Assembly (NCBI GenBank): GCA_963674595.2
Contig: CAXXFV010000008.1
Span: 224,001-288,000, forward strand
Length of the DNA stretch: 64,000 nt
Source: a bacterium
Lineage (GTDB): Bacteria > Zhuqueibacterota > Zhuqueibacteria > Residuimicrobiales > Krinioviventaceae
Direction of reading: 5' to 3'
Below the pieces are notes generated by a model. That model was not told where the DNA came from and ran no database searches. It saw nothing but the letters and a program-made list of their open reading frames with translations. The translations under genes and the position numbers were made by a program. Positions 46,762 through 57,502 of this stretch are shown piece after piece. The first letter of the stretch is position 1. Every line of letters starts with the position of its first letter.

Positions 46762-47993
46762 AACAAAAATTCCCTTTTCTAATTAAACCGGTGAAAATGA
46801 TTATATTATTAGGAATCGTTATTTTAGGCTTTTCATTTTGTACAAATGATAAACCCTTGCCAAGCGGTTTTGAAATTTTACCAAGAGATTATAAAGGCGA
46901 TTTAAAGGAAATTGTGCTCAAAGCAAAAAAAGTTGCTTCTTTTTGGAGTATTCCTCTTGCCGGACAACGGTCCTCTCTTTTGGTTGGTGAACATAATAAC
47001 ATTAAATCTTCCTGTGTTTTGGCTTTAACAACTTCCGCAGAATTATCGGATGTAACCATTGATAAAGCTACACTTTCACTCTATCAAACATTTCATTCCG
47101 GAGAAGGTGATTCCTTTCGTGTTGTTATTTATCCAATAATAGAACAATGGATTAACTCTGGTGACAGTGCTTTTTGGAATGATATACAGAATATGTACGA
47201 TGAGAATACCGTTGTTGGTGAATTTAAAGTCGGAATGGCCGATAGTGCACAGATCATTGACATTGACCTTGACCCACAAATCGTAGATGGCTGGTTTAGT
47301 GATACTGACTCCAACTATGGTATTTTACTTAAAAGTGAACAGCCGAATTTTATGGTTCATTTCGATTCTTATGAGGGTCTTGTTACTCCTGCCAACCTTA
47401 ATGTCATCTATCACAATACCAGTAACGAATCCGACACATCGAATTTTTCATTTATATATGATACCAGCCTGTTAACAGCAGAGTTGACAGAACCTGAAGA
47501 TCAACTCCTTGAAGATATTGATTATTTGCAAATTGGTAATGGTAATGGTTTTGCCTCGTTTGTCAAGTTTGATTTGGATTCTATTCCAAGTGAAATATCC
47601 ATCGTTCAGGCACATCTGGAATTTCAGGTAAATACAGATTTGACAATTATGAACGAAACAGGTATCGGGCTTGTTGCCGTACCTATTGGTCCTGCAGCAA
47701 GTTGGGACCCGGATTCTGTAAATACAGCCAGTTCCTATATGTCGACTTGTGTGGTTGAACAAGGTGAATCGGTAGCCGCTTTTAATACTACTACTGCATA
47801 TTCAAACATGACTACAGTTGTCCAATCATGGGTATATAATTATATTTCAAACTATGGACTGATGATTCGTTCTTCAGAATATGGACTGAATGCAAATGAG
47901 ATTTTCCTGCATACAGGAAAGACCGATTCATCCAAAATACCTATTTTGAGAATATTATATTCTGTACCTCCTTCAAATCGTTTTATTGAATAA
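46758..47993 (+). CDS. Putative lipoprotein with two tandem DNRLRE-like beta modules
   Basis: Hydrophobic leader with SFC; repeated module ending W...NYG(I/L)(L/M)...P.L.(V/I).Y. Confidence 0.6.
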   Translation: MKQKFPFLIKPVKMIILLGIVILGFSFCTNDKPLPSGFEILPRDYKGDLKEIVLKAKKVASFWSIPLAGQRSSLLVGEHNNIKSSCVLALTTSAELSDVTIDKATLSLYQTFHSGEGDSFRVVIYPIIEQWINSGDSAFWNDIQNMYDENTVVGEFKVGMADSAQIIDIDLDPQIVDGWFSDTDSNYGILLKSEQPNFMVHFDSYEGLVTPANLNVIYHNTSNESDTSNFSFIYDTSLLTAELTEPEDQLLEDIDYLQIGNGNGFASFVKFDLDSIPSEISIVQAHLEFQVNTDLTIMNETGIGLVAVPIGPAASWDPDSVNTASSYMSTCVVEQGESVAAFNTTTAYSNMTTVVQSWVYNYISNYGLMIRSSEYGLNANEIFLHTGKTDSSKIPILRILYSVPPSNRFIE

Positions 47994-48038
47994 TTGATAG
48001 TCTATCTTAACTACGAAATTAAACTATAGAGACATATT

Positions 48039-49268
48039 GTGATGAATAGATTTTTAAAAAAATATCTACAAAAAGGTTTGACACTGCTTATCCTGGCTTT
48101 TGTTTGTCTGCCTCCTACTCAGTTATTTGCTGATTCGATTTATTCAGCTTTGGGGTTAGGCCTGCCTTCATATTTTGTTTCACCCAAAGCCGTCGGTATG
48201 GGTGGTGCAGGACTTGCTGTAATTGATTTTTATGCGCTAAATTCAATGAATATGGCAGCTGTTGATATTCGTGGTATTACGTCAGTTGCAGTTGATTATG
48301 TTTATGAATCTGTTGATAATCGGTTTGATGGTAATAAAATTAATACCCGTCAGGGAAGAGCAGCCGGTTTTCGCCTTATCTTACCTTTAAAACGTCATAT
48401 TAATCTGATTGTTGCCTTTAAACCGTTGGTCAGTTCTAAATATGTGTTGTCTACCAACAGTGTTTCCAGCCAAGATGTTCCATATTATAGATTAATAAGA
48501 GGAAATGGCGGTTTAAGCTCGGGAATTCTGGGTGTTCAATATATTTTTAATAAATATTTATCAGTAGGAGCCGGTGCTCATATAAACTTTGGAAGTTATG
48601 AGGAAGACTGGCATTTAAAATTTGGAAATTCAAGCTATAATGACCTGACGGATGAAACCCGAAACCATTTAAATGGACCCGGATTTGAAATCGGACTTTT
48701 AACCAGACCAACAAATTCCTTATCTTTTGGTTTGGTTTATATTAGTAAAAGTACATTGGATTTGGAATCCAAAAAAGTTATCGGTGGAACACTAACAACA
48801 GAAGCTGTAGATGCAGATATAAAATATCCATCTTGCGTTGGTATTGGATCGTCGTATAAATTGAAAAAGTTATTGTTTGCCTTTGATTATTATACACAAT
48901 TCTGGAGTAACTATTCAATAAATGGTATAAAAAAAGATAATTTTAATGATTACCAGCGGATTGGTGGCGGTATTGAATATGTTGATTCAAATGATGTATT
49001 TGTCAAGTATTTAAGACGCATCCCGATTCGTGTTGGAGCGTATTATGCAAAATTACCATTTATTGATGAACAAAATAGTGCAGTTACAGAAAAATTTATC
49101 ACTTTTGGGCTAGGTCTTCCATACCATAAACATCTTGGACGTGTTGATCTGTCTTTTGAATACGGAAAGCGTGGAGACTCTGGCAAAAACCAATATGAAG
49201 ATAAAATTATGAGGTTTTCTGTCAGCATAACAGGCAGCGAACTTTGGTTCCAGAGACGTCATAATTGA
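48039..49268 (+). CDS. Outer-membrane beta-barrel protein (FadL/OmpP1/PorV-like)
   Basis: Signal peptide, SIYSALGLG...AVGMGGAG N-terminus, amphipathic strands, C-terminal ELWF. Confidence 0.7.
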   Translation: MMNRFLKKYLQKGLTLLILAFVCLPPTQLFADSIYSALGLGLPSYFVSPKAVGMGGAGLAVIDFYALNSMNMAAVDIRGITSVAVDYVYESVDNRFDGNKINTRQGRAAGFRLILPLKRHINLIVAFKPLVSSKYVLSTNSVSSQDVPYYRLIRGNGGLSSGILGVQYIFNKYLSVGAGAHINFGSYEEDWHLKFGNSSYNDLTDETRNHLNGPGFEIGLLTRPTNSLSFGLVYISKSTLDLESKKVIGGTLTTEAVDADIKYPSCVGIGSSYKLKKLLFAFDYYTQFWSNYSINGIKKDNFNDYQRIGGGIEYVDSNDVFVKYLRRIPIRVGAYYAKLPFIDEQNSAVTEKFITFGLGLPYHKHLGRVDLSFEYGKRGDSGKNQYEDKIMRFSVSITGSELWFQRRHN

Positions 49269-49286
49269 TATAAAAGAAAAATTTGC

Positions 49287-49315
49287 TTGATTTTTAGGCA
49301 ACTTTTGGCTAAAAT
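49287..49315 (+). promoter_or_regulatory. Sigma70-type promoter for the TPR lipoprotein gene
   Basis: TTGATT-N17-TAAAAT. Confidence 0.6.
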
Positions 49316-49396
49316 AACTTTTAACTCTATGTAAACAATTTTATATGCTTACTTTTTAAGCCTAGTTAATTATAACTTTCGAAGGAGGATGCTTCG

Positions 49397-50674
49397 GTGT
49401 TGTCAAAAAGGACATGGTATAATGTAATAAGTAGTGCTATTATTGTGGTGATGATAGCTATTTTAACAACCTCATTAATGACCAGTTGTGCAAGTTCCGG
49501 TGGTGCAAGTAAAGTTGCCGTTAGCCCGGAACGCCAAAAAGCCGTTCAAGATTCTCTCAATAAAATTTGGGAGCGTAAGCTTTTAATCGCCTGGAGTACC
49601 GCTTACGAGCATCATAAAAACAAACTGTATAAAGAAGCAATTCCAAGTTTTTGGAAAGTGTTTAAAATGGATACTGTTAAAAAGTTTCCTGATCTTTATA
49701 CATTTCTTGGTGATTGTTATGTCAAGCTAAATAATCCTGATAGTGCGGAAGTTGTCTATCGTTTGGGAACTGAACGGTTTCCTGAAAAAAGCCATTACCA
49801 TCGTAGTTTAGCGTGGTTACTTTCAGCAAAGGGAGAAAATTCTGAAGCTATCGAACAATATCAGGAGACAATCGAGCTAGCCCAGGATAATGCAAGTGAC
49901 TTTAAAGAATTAGCAAATTTATTGGTAAAAGAGGACCGTATTGAAGAGGCCATTGATGCTTATAATAAATACCTCGAATTAAATCCGAATGATTTGGAAG
50001 TTAAAGAAATTGTCGGTACCCTTTTCCGGACTACGGGTAATGAAGATGCTTACATTGAATCATTAATTGAAACCGTAAAGAATGATCCTGAAAATACCAA
50101 AGCAATGTTTACGTTGGGTGAAATTTATTTTAAAAGGGCAAACTATACCCAGGCTATTGAATATTTGAATAAATATTTAGCCATTAAACCTGACGATGTA
50201 ATCGCTTTAGAGTATGTGGGTAATGCCCAACAAAATTTGGGTCAGTTTAATAAAGCTATAGCCACTTATGATAAAATTTTGGCAGTAGATGCAACCCACA
50301 AAAAAGTATTATGTGAAATGGCAACTTGTTATCGCGAATTGGGTCAGTTGTCCAAAGCCCGTAGTACAGCTAACAGGGCCCTTAAAATTGATTCTGAATA
50401 TGGTTTAGCCTATATCGTTCGTGGTGAAGTTTACGAGGACGCTGTTGATGGTTGTCTCAGTAAAAGAGACAAAAGAATTGTAAAATTTGACGACAAGTTA
50501 ATATACAAAATGGCTTATGATGAATACGCCAAAGCTCTAAAATCTTTTGAAACTGCTGACATTGCAAAAAAGAGAATGAGCTACATCCAACCTGATATTC
50601 CGACTACAGAAGATTACTTTATGCATCCCGATCAGAAAAAAGCCAGACTCGACTGTTACAAGTGGATTTATTAA
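49397..50674 (+). CDS. TPR-repeat lipoprotein
   Basis: Lipobox MTSC, multiple TPRs; GTG start after AAGGAGG. Confidence 0.85.
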   Translation: MLSKRTWYNVISSAIIVVMIAILTTSLMTSCASSGGASKVAVSPERQKAVQDSLNKIWERKLLIAWSTAYEHHKNKLYKEAIPSFWKVFKMDTVKKFPDLYTFLGDCYVKLNNPDSAEVVYRLGTERFPEKSHYHRSLAWLLSAKGENSEAIEQYQETIELAQDNASDFKELANLLVKEDRIEEAIDAYNKYLELNPNDLEVKEIVGTLFRTTGNEDAYIESLIETVKNDPENTKAMFTLGEIYFKRANYTQAIEYLNKYLAIKPDDVIALEYVGNAQQNLGQFNKAIATYDKILAVDATHKKVLCEMATCYRELGQLSKARSTANRALKIDSEYGLAYIVRGEVYEDAVDGCLSKRDKRIVKFDDKLIYKMAYDEYAKALKSFETADIAKKRMSYIQPDIPTTEDYFMHPDQKKARLDCYKWIY

Positions 50675-50700
50675 TCTTATAAATTAAAATACAATTTTTC

Positions 50701-50732
50701 AATAGAGAGGATTTTCTAAAATCCTTTCTATT
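50701..50732 (+). terminator. Hairpin between the TPR gene and rpiB
   Basis: AATAGAGAGGATTT / AAATCCTTTCTATT inverted repeat with AT-rich tail. Confidence 0.55.
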
Positions 50733-50768
50733 GATTTATTTGTAACAACGGTATCCTGAGGAGTATTT

Positions 50769-51209
50769 ATGTCTATTGCTATCGGTTCTGATCACGCCGG
50801 ATACCCACTTAAAAAGTTTGTTATAGATTTTTTTGAAAAAAATAAAATAGACTATTGTGATTTGGGTGCGTTTAGTGAAGAGCAAGTTGATTATCCGGAT
50901 TTTGCACACAAAGTTGCTCAAGCTGTTTCAGAAGGAAAACATGAAAGTGGAATTGTAATTTGTGGTACTGGAATAGGTGTTTCCATTGTTGCAAACAAGC
51001 ATAAAAATATTCGGGCGGCATTGTGCTGTTCTGTTTTTATGGCTGAAATGGCCAGAAAACATAACAATGCCAATATTTTAGCGTTAGGTGCCCGTACGAC
51101 TGAAGAAAATGATGCTATCAACATTGTAAAAACTTTTTTAAATACTGATTTTGAAGGCGGCAGGCATGCTATCCGCGTTAATAAAATATCAGCTTTTTCT
51201 GAAAAATAA
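50769..51209 (+). CDS. rpiB: Ribose-5-phosphate isomerase B
   Basis: GSDHAG, DYPD, CGTGIG, HNNAN and FEGGRH motifs. Confidence 0.98.
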   Translation: MSIAIGSDHAGYPLKKFVIDFFEKNKIDYCDLGAFSEEQVDYPDFAHKVAQAVSEGKHESGIVICGTGIGVSIVANKHKNIRAALCCSVFMAEMARKHNNANILALGARTTEENDAINIVKTFLNTDFEGGRHAIRVNKISAFSEK

Positions 51210-51220
51210 ATAGGAATTTT

Positions 51221-52495
51221 ATGTCTTTACAAAAAACAGATCCTGTTGTTTTTGATGCAATACAAAGTGAATTGTCCCGTCAGAATGATAAACTGGAACT
51301 TATTGCTTCTGAAAATTTTGTAAGTCAGGCCGTATTGGATGCAATGGGCCAGGTGATGACCAACAAGTATGCTGAAGGTTATCCTGCTAAACGATATTAT
51401 GGCGGTTGTGAATACGTAGATGTTGTGGAAAACCTGGCGAGGGAGAGGGCACAGCAACTTTTTAAGGCAGATCATGCAAATGTTCAGCCCCATTCCGGTT
51501 CTCAGGCAAACATGGCAGCTTATTTTAGCCTGATAAACTATGGTGATAAAGTCATGGGCATGGATTTATCGCACGGCGGGCATTTGACACATGGAAGTCC
51601 TGTTAATTTTTCAGGACGTTTTTTCGATATGGTCCATTATGGTGTTGACAAGACCGGTTATATTGATATGAACCAGGTTGAAGAACTGGCCTTGAAAGAA
51701 AAACCAAAATTGATTATAACCGGCGCAAGTGCCTATGCCAGAGAGATTGATTACAAGACATTTCGGCAAATTGCAGATAAAATTAATGCAAAATTAATTT
51801 CAGATATTGCCCATCCTGCGGGTCTTATTGCGGCTGGAATTATAAAAAGCCCTATCGAATATTGTCATATTGTTACGACTACAACCCACAAAACATTACG
51901 CGGCCCCAGAGGCGGAATGATTTTGGTGGGCAAAAATGCTGAAAACGACCTGGGAATAAAAACCCCAAAAGGAAATCTTAAAACATGGTCTCAAATTGTT
52001 GATTCAAATGTTTTCCCGGGATTCCAGGGTGGTCCTTTAATGCATGTAATTGCGGCAAAGGCTGTTGCGTTTCAGGAAGCTTTGCAGCCGGAATTTGTAG
52101 AATATCAAAAACAAGTTGTTAAAAATGCAAAGGCATTAGCTGCCGCGCTTGTTGAAAAAGGTTATCATATCGTATCCGGCGGTACGGATACACATGTTAT
52201 GCTGGTTGACGTTAGAAATCATAATATTAACGGTAAAGAATCAGAAAAAGCCCTGGACAATGCCGGTATAACAGTGAACAAAAATATGGTTCCATTTGAT
52301 GATGCCAGTCCATTTATTACCAGTGGAATTCGGCTCGGAACACCGGCCATGACAACCCGCGGTATGAAACAAGATGAAATGCAAATTATTGCAAATTTGA
52401 TTGATAAAGTATTATGTAATATTTCTGATGAAACAGTTCAGAGCAATGTCAAAAACGAAGTATTAGACTTGTGTAAACAGTTTCCATTATACTAA
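51221..52495 (+). CDS. glyA: Serine hydroxymethyltransferase
   Basis: [13 protein letters not shown] and [13 protein letters not shown] motifs. Confidence 0.99.
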   Translation: MSLQKTDPVVFDAIQSELSRQNDKLELIASENFVSQAVLDAMGQVMTNKYAEGYPAKRYYGGCEYVDVVENLARERAQQLFKADHANVQPHSGSQANMAAYFSLINYGDKVMGMDLSHGGHLTHGSPVNFSGRFFDMVHYGVDKTGYIDMNQVEELALKEKPKLIITGASAYAREIDYKTFRQIADKINAKLISDIAHPAGLIAAGIIKSPIEYCHIVTTTTHKTLRGPRGGMILVGKNAENDLGIKTPKGNLKTWSQIVDSNVFPGFQGGPLMHVIAAKAVAFQEALQPEFVEYQKQVVKNAKALAAALVEKGYHIVSGGTDTHVMLVDVRNHNINGKESEKALDNAGITVNKNMVPFDDASPFITSGIRLGTPAMTTRGMKQDEMQIIANLIDKVLCNISDETVQSNVKNEVLDLCKQFPLY

Positions 52496-52507
52496 AGATT
52501 TGTTTTT

Positions 52508-52951
52508 ATGAAGTGTCCTTTTTGTACCTACCATGATACCAAAGTTATCGACTCCCGTACACGTGACGGTGGACGTGCCATCCGACGCAGACGTGAATGT
52601 TTAAAATGCCAACGAAGATTTACAACACGTGAACAAGTTGACGAAATTGCGCTTATGGTAATAAAACAGGATGGGGGAAGGGAAGAGTTTGATCGTAATA
52701 AACTAACCAAAGGAATACAGTTTGCCTGTATAAAACGGCCTGTTTCTATGGCGGCTATTGAACAGCTCGTCTCTAAAATTGAATATGAATTACGTGACCA
52801 ACGGGAAGAAGTTGAATCCAGAATTGTTGGCGAAATGGTCATGGATGAGTTGAAAGAATTAGATGAAATTGCCTACGTTAGATTTGCATCTGTTTACAGA
52901 AATTTTCAAGCCAAAGAAGAATTTTTAAGCGAGTTAAAACATTTAAAATGA
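52508..52951 (+). CDS. nrdR: Transcriptional repressor NrdR
   Basis: MKCPFC, IRRRREC, ATP cone and AYVRFASVY motifs. Confidence 0.98.
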   Translation: MKCPFCTYHDTKVIDSRTRDGGRAIRRRRECLKCQRRFTTREQVDEIALMVIKQDGGREEFDRNKLTKGIQFACIKRPVSMAAIEQLVSKIEYELRDQREEVESRIVGEMVMDELKELDEIAYVRFASVYRNFQAKEEFLSELKHLK

Positions 52952-53082
52952 TACGAATCTCTCATCCTTCAAGTCAGCTTCTTTTCATTCAATCCATTAT
53001 TTATGCTTCATCTCTATATAAAAATTTGATAAACAAACTTGTTAGAAGGAGATTGATCTAACTTTTTGCTATGGAGAAAGTT

Positions 53083-54413
53083 TTGGGAATTTTCAATTCA
53101 AAAGGTTTTACCGGCGGAATTCACCCACCGGAAAACAAATTAACGGAAAAAACAGGCCATTGAAATTTGTCCTGTTCCAGATACAGTTATAATACCTGTT
53201 CAACAACATATTGGCGCACCTTCTAAGCCGATAGTTGAAAAAGGTGACACTGTTAAAATTGGTGATTTAGTTAGTGAAAGTACGGGATTTGTTTCCGTAC
53301 CATCGCATGCCAGTATATCAGGTACTGTACAGGCGGTCGAAGAACGGGTCCAATCCTCTTGGCACTAAAGTGCTCTCAATTGTCATTGAAAATGATGGTG
53401 AGGATGCCTGGAACACAGATATTAAAAAAGATGATAATTATCTGGATTTGGATAAAAAGGAAATTTTAAGCCGAATTCAGAAGGCTGGTATTGCAGGAAT
53501 GGGCGGAGCGGCATTTCCGGCCCATGTAAAGCAAAGTCCGCCGGCGGATAAACCTATTGATACCTTGTTGCTGAATGGCGCAGAATGTGAACCTTACCTC
53601 ACTTCAGACCACAGGGTTATGTTGGAGCAAGCTGAAAAGGTCCTTTTAGGGATGCAGATCATCATCAAGGTCCTGGGAGCCAAAAAAGGTGTCATTGGTA
53701 TTGAAAATAATAAAATGGATGCGGTGCGGGTATTACGGGATACCGCTCAAAAATTAAATCTTCCTTATGAAATCATCCCCCTTCATGTAAAATATCCACA
53801 GGGTGCAGAAAAACAACTTATTAAAGCTATTACAAAGCGAAAAGTACCTTGTGGCGGATTGCCGATGGATGTAGGCTGTGTTGTACAAAACGTTGGAACG
53901 GCCGCTGCAATTTACGATGCCGTTGCTTTAAATCGTCCTATGATTGATCGTGTTGTGACTGTTACCGGTGCCGGCGTCCAAAATCCAAAGAATCTGCTGG
54001 TAAGAATTGGAACACCCTATTCATTTCTGTTTGAACAATGCGGTGGATTAAAAGACAATGCCGGAAAGATTATTAATGGCGGCCCAATGATGGGATTGGC
54101 CCAATATTCATTAGATACACCTGTTATTAAAGGAACATCCGGATTACTGGTTTTGGATGAAAAACAGGGAAAACAGAGACCCGAGTCGGTTTGTATTTCC
54201 TGTGCTCGTTGTATCGACGTGTGCCCGATGGGGCTTTTACCTAAAATGCTGGGCGCTTATGTTAAACACGGAATGTTTGACAAGGCCCATGAAAACAATG
54301 TATTGGATTGTATTGAATGCGGCTCTTGTGCCTATGTTTGTCCGGCCCATATCAATCTTGTTCATCTTGTTAAATTTGGTAAGAGCCAGGTAATTAAAAG
54401 TTTAAAAAAATAG
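53083..54413 (+). pseudogene. rnfC: Rnf/Rsx subunit C, two +1 frameshifts as assembled (probably artefacts)
   Basis: N-terminal FTGGIHPPENK and QHIGAP lie in other frames; removing one A (53147-53152) and one G (53346-53348) joins them to GMGGAAFP, NGAECEPY, KYPQGAEK and two 4Fe-4S motifs. Confidence 0.9.
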
Positions 54414-54454
54414 AATTAATCGTTATCGAATATGAAAATTGAGTAAAAGACCTG

Positions 54455-55493
54455 ATGGAAAAAAAACTTTTTGTATCAAGTTCGCCCCATATTGTTGACC
54501 AGGAATCTGTTTCGAAAATTATGTATACTGTAACGGCCACATTGGTCCCCGCAGGATTTGGAGCAGTTTATTTCTTTGGTATAAGGGCGTTGTGGGTAAT
54601 TTTAATAAGCATAATTTCTGCTGTTGTTACAGAGGCAGGACTGCAAAAACTGATGAAAAAACCGATAACCGTGCATGACGGCAGCGCCATTTTAACAGGA
54701 TTACTGCTGGCTTATAATGTTTCAGCCCAGGTTCCTTTGTGGATGCCGGCAATCGGCTCTTTTTTTCGCTATTGCTGTTGGTAAAATGGTATTTGGCGGT
54801 TTGGGATATAATCCCATGAACCCGGCCCTGTTAGGACGAGCTTTTTTGTTAGCCTCCTGGCCGACACATATGACGATTTTTAGTGATGCCCCACCTGTTG
54901 GCGGTACTGTTTCCGGTATTGATGTTTTTACAAGTGCCACACCTCTTAATATACTAAAACAATCAAAAGATATTTTAGCTAACGCTTCTGAATTTCCTAT
55001 TGAAAAAGTAACCCATGCACACGAAGCAATAGGTAAATTGTACGATTCAATAGATACCTTGTTCTGGGGACGTGTTGGCGGTTGTCTTGGTGAAACGTCG
55101 GCATTTTTGCTTTTAATAGGTGCCGCTTTTTTAATGTATAAACGATATATCGGTTGGAAAATTCCTTTCAGTTATATTGGTACAGTTGCATTGCTCAGTT
55201 GGATTTTTGGCGGGACTGACGGTTTGTTTAGCGGAAATGTATTGTTTCACATCTTTTCCGGCGGTCTTATTTTAGGCGCGTTTTATATGGCAACAGACAT
55301 GGTTACATCTCCTGTAACCTTTAAAGGAAGAATTTATTTTGGTATTGGCTGCGGTGTGATAACTTTTGTGATCCGGCAAGTTGGCGGATACCCCGAAGGA
55401 GTTTCATACTCGATTTTGTTGATGAACCTTGTTGTGCCGATTCTTGACAGATTGACAAAACCCAAAGTTTTTGGAGGTAAAAAAGCATCATGA
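54455..55493 (+). pseudogene. rnfD: Rnf/Rsx subunit D, one +1 frameshift as assembled
   Basis: SSPH N-terminus; T7 at 54760-54766 (T6 restores GSFFAIAVGK); FGGLG, NPALLGR, SATPL and MATD motifs. Confidence 0.9.
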
Positions 55494-56062
55494 AAGATAT
55501 ATTAAAACTTGGTTTTATTCTAATGCTTATCACCGCTATTGCTGCATCCGGTTTGTCTGCTGTCTATTCGGTAACTAAACCAAGGATCCTGGAACAAAAA
55601 AGAATGGCATTGGAAAATGCTCTAACCGTTGCTTTGCCTTCCGCAGATAAAGAAGCCATTATTCCGGTGATTAAAGATGAAAACGTTTTATATTACAAAG
55701 GTTATACGGATGCAGATACCACTCAGTTTGTTGGTTATGCTTTTGTTGCTTATGGTCCGGCCTATTCCAGTACGATTGAAACGATGGTAGGTGTTGATTC
55801 TGTTGGTAAAATAATAGGCCTAAAGGTTATGTCGCAAACAGAAACCCCCGGTTTGGGCACCAAAATTGAAGAAGTAAAATACGGTGAAAGCGAACCCTGG
55901 TTTCAAAAACAATTTTTTACCAAACTTGCAGAAAAGGTCAAAGTTGATAAAGACGGCGGTGACATCCAAAGTATAACAGGTGCAACAATTTCATCAAGAG
56001 CCGTTACCAAATCAATTGTTAACGGATATGAAAAGTTAAAAGAGCAAATTTCAAATAATTAA
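55490..56062 (+). CDS. rnfG: Rnf/Rsx subunit G
   Basis: ETPGLG and FMN site ITGATISS. Confidence 0.93.
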   Translation: MKDILKLGFILMLITAIAASGLSAVYSVTKPRILEQKRMALENALTVALPSADKEAIIPVIKDENVLYYKGYTDADTTQFVGYAFVAYGPAYSSTIETMVGVDSVGKIIGLKVMSQTETPGLGTKIEEVKYGESEPWFQKQFFTKLAEKVKVDKDGGDIQSITGATISSRAVTKSIVNGYEKLKEQISNN

Positions 56063-56104
56063 AGTTGATTAAAAGAATTATATGAATATAGAGGATAGAA
56101 TAGT

Positions 56105-56707
56105 ATGTCGGCCTTTAAAGAATTAACAAAAGGTTTTTATTCGCAGAATCCGGTATTTAAACAGGCGTTAGGATTATGTCCAACCCTGGCAGTCAGTAAT
56201 TCCGTTTCTAATGGATTGGGAATGGGACTTGCCGCTACGTTTGTTCTTATTTGTTCAAACATGCTAATTTCAACGATTCGAAAAGGTGTCCCTGCAAAAA
56301 TTCGTATACCTATTTATATTGTTATTATTGCATCCTTTGTGACCATTGTTGATTTGGCTATGGCAGGTTTTTTACCGGCATTACATAAATCTTTGGGTAT
56401 TTTTGTGCCTTTGATTGTTGTAAATTGTATTATCCTGGGCCGGGCAGAAGCCTATGCCGGTAAAAATAATGTATGGCGTTCTCTTTTGGATGGTATAGGA
56501 ATGGGCCTCGGTTTTACACTTGCCCTTGTACTATTGGGAGCTATTCGCGAGTTATTGGGAAACGGCAGTTTGATGGGTGTTCCTGTTCCCATGTTAGGTT
56601 CATCCTTTGAACCGGTGTTGATTATGATTTTGCCTCCCGGCGCTTTTTTAACAATCGGTTTTGTTTTGGCCTTTTTTAACTGGCTTGAATTAAAAACAAA
56701 AAAATAA
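56105..56707 (+). CDS. rnfE: Rnf/Rsx subunit E
   Basis: LGLCPTLAV, LIVVNCIILGRAE and LPPGAF motifs. Confidence 0.95.
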   Translation: MSAFKELTKGFYSQNPVFKQALGLCPTLAVSNSVSNGLGMGLAATFVLICSNMLISTIRKGVPAKIRIPIYIVIIASFVTIVDLAMAGFLPALHKSLGIFVPLIVVNCIILGRAEAYAGKNNVWRSLLDGIGMGLGFTLALVLLGAIRELLGNGSLMGVPVPMLGSSFEPVLIMILPPGAFLTIGFVLAFFNWLELKTKK

Positions 56708-56737
56708 TATTAAACTAATTATTTTGAGGCAACTATA

Positions 56738-57373
56738 ATGGATGTAAAAATGTTATTGATCATCGCCATGAGTGCGATTTTTATTAATAATTTTGTATTT
56801 TCTCGATTTTTGGGTATATGTCCCTATATCGGTGTTTCCAAGCAGCTTGATTCTGCCATTGGTATGGGCGCTGCTGTAATCTTTGTGATGACACTTGCCT
56901 CAATGGCAACATGGTTGATATATAATTATCTTTTGGCGCCGGTGCAAGCCAATATATTCTATCATATTTTCTCTTTGGAAGAGCCCCCGGATTTGACTTT
57001 TTTAAAGACAATCGCGTTTATTCTTGTTATCGCATCTTTGGTGCAATTTGTAGAAATGGTCGTTCAAAAAAGCAGCCCATCTTTATACAAGTCATTGGGA
57101 ATCTTTTTGCCGCTCATTACAACAAACTGTGCTATTTTGGGTGTGGCTATTTTAAATATTGATGAAATGTATACCTTCATTCAAAGTATTGTTCATGGGT
57201 TTGCCGCTGGTGTTGGATTTACACTCGCACTTATTTTAATGGCCGGCATTCGTGAAAAATTGGAACTCGCTGATATTCCCAAACCATTGCAGGGAATACC
57301 AATTGCTTTTATTATGGCTGGTTTGATGGCTATAGCTTTTTTAGGATTTTCGGGATTAAAACTTGGAATGTAG
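56738..57373 (+). CDS. rnfA: Rnf/Rsx subunit A
   Basis: FLGICP and PLITTNCAILG motifs. Confidence 0.95.
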   Translation: MDVKMLLIIAMSAIFINNFVFSRFLGICPYIGVSKQLDSAIGMGAAVIFVMTLASMATWLIYNYLLAPVQANIFYHIFSLEEPPDLTFLKTIAFILVIASLVQFVEMVVQKSSPSLYKSLGIFLPLITTNCAILGVAILNIDEMYTFIQSIVHGFAAGVGFTLALILMAGIREKLELADIPKPLQGIPIAFIMAGLMAIAFLGFSGLKLGM

Positions 57374-57403
57374 TGTGTTTATACTTTTTATTAATTTAAT
57401 TTC

Positions 57404-57432
57404 TTGATTTTAAATATGAGTTTTGGTAATTT
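57404..57432 (+). promoter_or_regulatory. Promoter for the tatC operon, followed by a 12-bp hairpin (57434-57464)
   Basis: TTGATT-N17-TAATTT; ACCCCTTATCCA / TGGATAAGGGGT. Confidence 0.5.
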
Positions 57433-57502
57433 TACCCCTTATCCAGTCAATATGGATAAGGGGTTATTTATTATGGTTATTAATTAAGAGTAAAGCTTTA
57501 TC

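Noticed and set aside
52952-53082. NrdR or Rex operator before rnfC
   Set aside because: No convincing palindrome; only a 6-bp GTTAGA/TCTAAC stem
53274-53348. Novel N-terminus of the 379-aa RnfC ORF
   Set aside because: Out-of-frame translation caused by the frameshift; the true N-terminus is in other frames from about 53083
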